Virus record (IMG/VR): IMGVR_UViG_3300027763_001745
Span: 1-56,122 of that record
Origin: a virus
Lineage: Duplodnaviria > Caudoviricetes
Length of the DNA: 56,122 nt
Strand: one strand, 5' to 3'
The translations under genes and the position numbers were made by a program. Below the pieces are notes generated by a model, which searched no databases, was not told the DNA's origin, and worked only from the letters and a program-made list of their open reading frames with translations. Of this stretch, positions 55,469 through 56,122 are shown piece after piece; the first letter of the stretch is position 1; each line of letters opens with the position of its first letter.

Positions 55469-56122
55469 TTATGGACCATCCGGAGACTTCTCTGTTGGCT
55501 CCTCTGTTGGCTCCTCTGTTGGCTCCTCTGTTGGCTCCTCTGTTGGTTCTGGAGTTGGTTCTGGAGTTGGTTCTGGAGTTGGATCAGGAGTTAGAGTTGG
55601 AGTTGGTGTTGGATCTGGCGGACACTCATCTTCGCCTATGTCTTCAGATGATTCTCCGGACTTTTCACAGTTGCATGTATCCGGGTTCCATGTATAATCT
55701 GTTGTATATCTCACGCCACCACCTGCAGGGGCACATATATCAACCACTGTTGACTTACAAGTTTGTGTTGGACATGGTGTAGGAGTTGGTGTAGGTGTAG
55801 GACTAGGTGTAGGACTAGGTGTAGGACAATCACCCGGAGGCAATTGTTCAATTATTAATTCACCGCTATCTATACAACTACATGTTTCCTGATTCCATAT
55901 TTTATGCTGTGTCGATTTCACGCCATTGCCCATATTATCACACAATTCTATTACTACATCAGGGCACGATTGTTCAGGGCATGGTGTAGGTGTTGGAGTT
56001 GGAGTTGGTGTTGGATCTGGCGGACACTCATCTTCGCCTATGTCTTCAGATGATTCTCCGGACTTTTCACAGTTGCATGTATCCGGGTTCCATGTATAAT
56101 CTGTTGTATATCTCACGCCACC
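55469..56122 (-). CDS. Partial (N-terminus beyond window) Cys-rich repeat protein with PT linkers and EEPT tail
   Basis: Frame is open to the window edge; ~67 aa six-Cys modules separated by (PT)n. Confidence 0.7.
   Translation of the reverse strand, partial: GGVRYTTDYTWNPDTCNCEKSGESSEDIGEDECPPDPTPTPTPTPTPCPEQSCPDVVIELCDNMGNGVKSTQHKIWNQETCSCIDSGELIIEQLPPGDCPTPSPTPSPTPTPTPTPCPTQTCKSTVVDICAPAGGGVRYTTDYTWNPDTCNCEKSGESSEDIGEDECPPDPTPTPTLTPDPTPEPTPEPTPEPTEEPTEEPTEEPTEEPTEKSPDGP
55594..56122. repeat. Identical 127-bp direct repeat, 402-bp period
   Basis: 55594-55720 is identical to 55996-56122 and runs to the window end. Confidence 0.9.

Noticed and set aside
1-56122. Alternative genetic code (TAG/TGA recoding) as in some jumbo phages
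   Set aside because: Known genes (folE, metK, thyX, rSAMs) are intact under code 11, coding density is high, TGA is a frequent coupled stop and TAG ends the 27944 gene.
55594-56122. Diversity-generating retroelement TR/VR pair
   Set aside because: The copies are identical with no adenine-specific mismatches, both are in-frame in one gene, and no reverse transcriptase is in the window.

Overview
AT-rich, densely coding fragment of a large (probably jumbo, T4-like in transcription signals) tailed bacteriophage genome; standard genetic code; no tRNA, rRNA, CRISPR or transposase seen. Left arm (1-19.8 kb, mostly + strand): a dehydrogenase/glycosyltransferase/UDP-sugar dehydrogenase block linked to folE, queE and metK; a T4 RNase H-like 5'-3' exonuclease; a PhyH-type dioxygenase; a run of small early genes, many behind their own near-consensus sigma70 promoter (including an unannotated ArfA-like mini-ORF); a MoxR-type AAA ATPase with a VWA/HExxH partner; and thyX. 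Right arm (19.8-56.1 kb, mostly - strand): a ~33.5 kb enzyme island with 11 twitch/SPASM-type radical SAM enzymes, 5 SGNH-like proteins, 7 glycosyltransferase-like proteins in two paralog sets, a carbamoyltransferase, and a nucleotidyltransferase-kinase/cupin/GatZ-like/shikimate-dehydrogenase block. It is bracketed by two Pro-Thr-repeat proteins, one of them Cys-rich. The best candidate for an undescribed system is this late-expressed island as a virion (tail-fibre) glycosylation/hypermodification pathway (inference). Other notable signals: TAAATA-N5/6-ATG leaderless late genes, an RBS-sequestering hairpin around a late promoter, and a small pseudoknot-like leader before folE. All functional calls come from motifs read by eye; no database searches were run.
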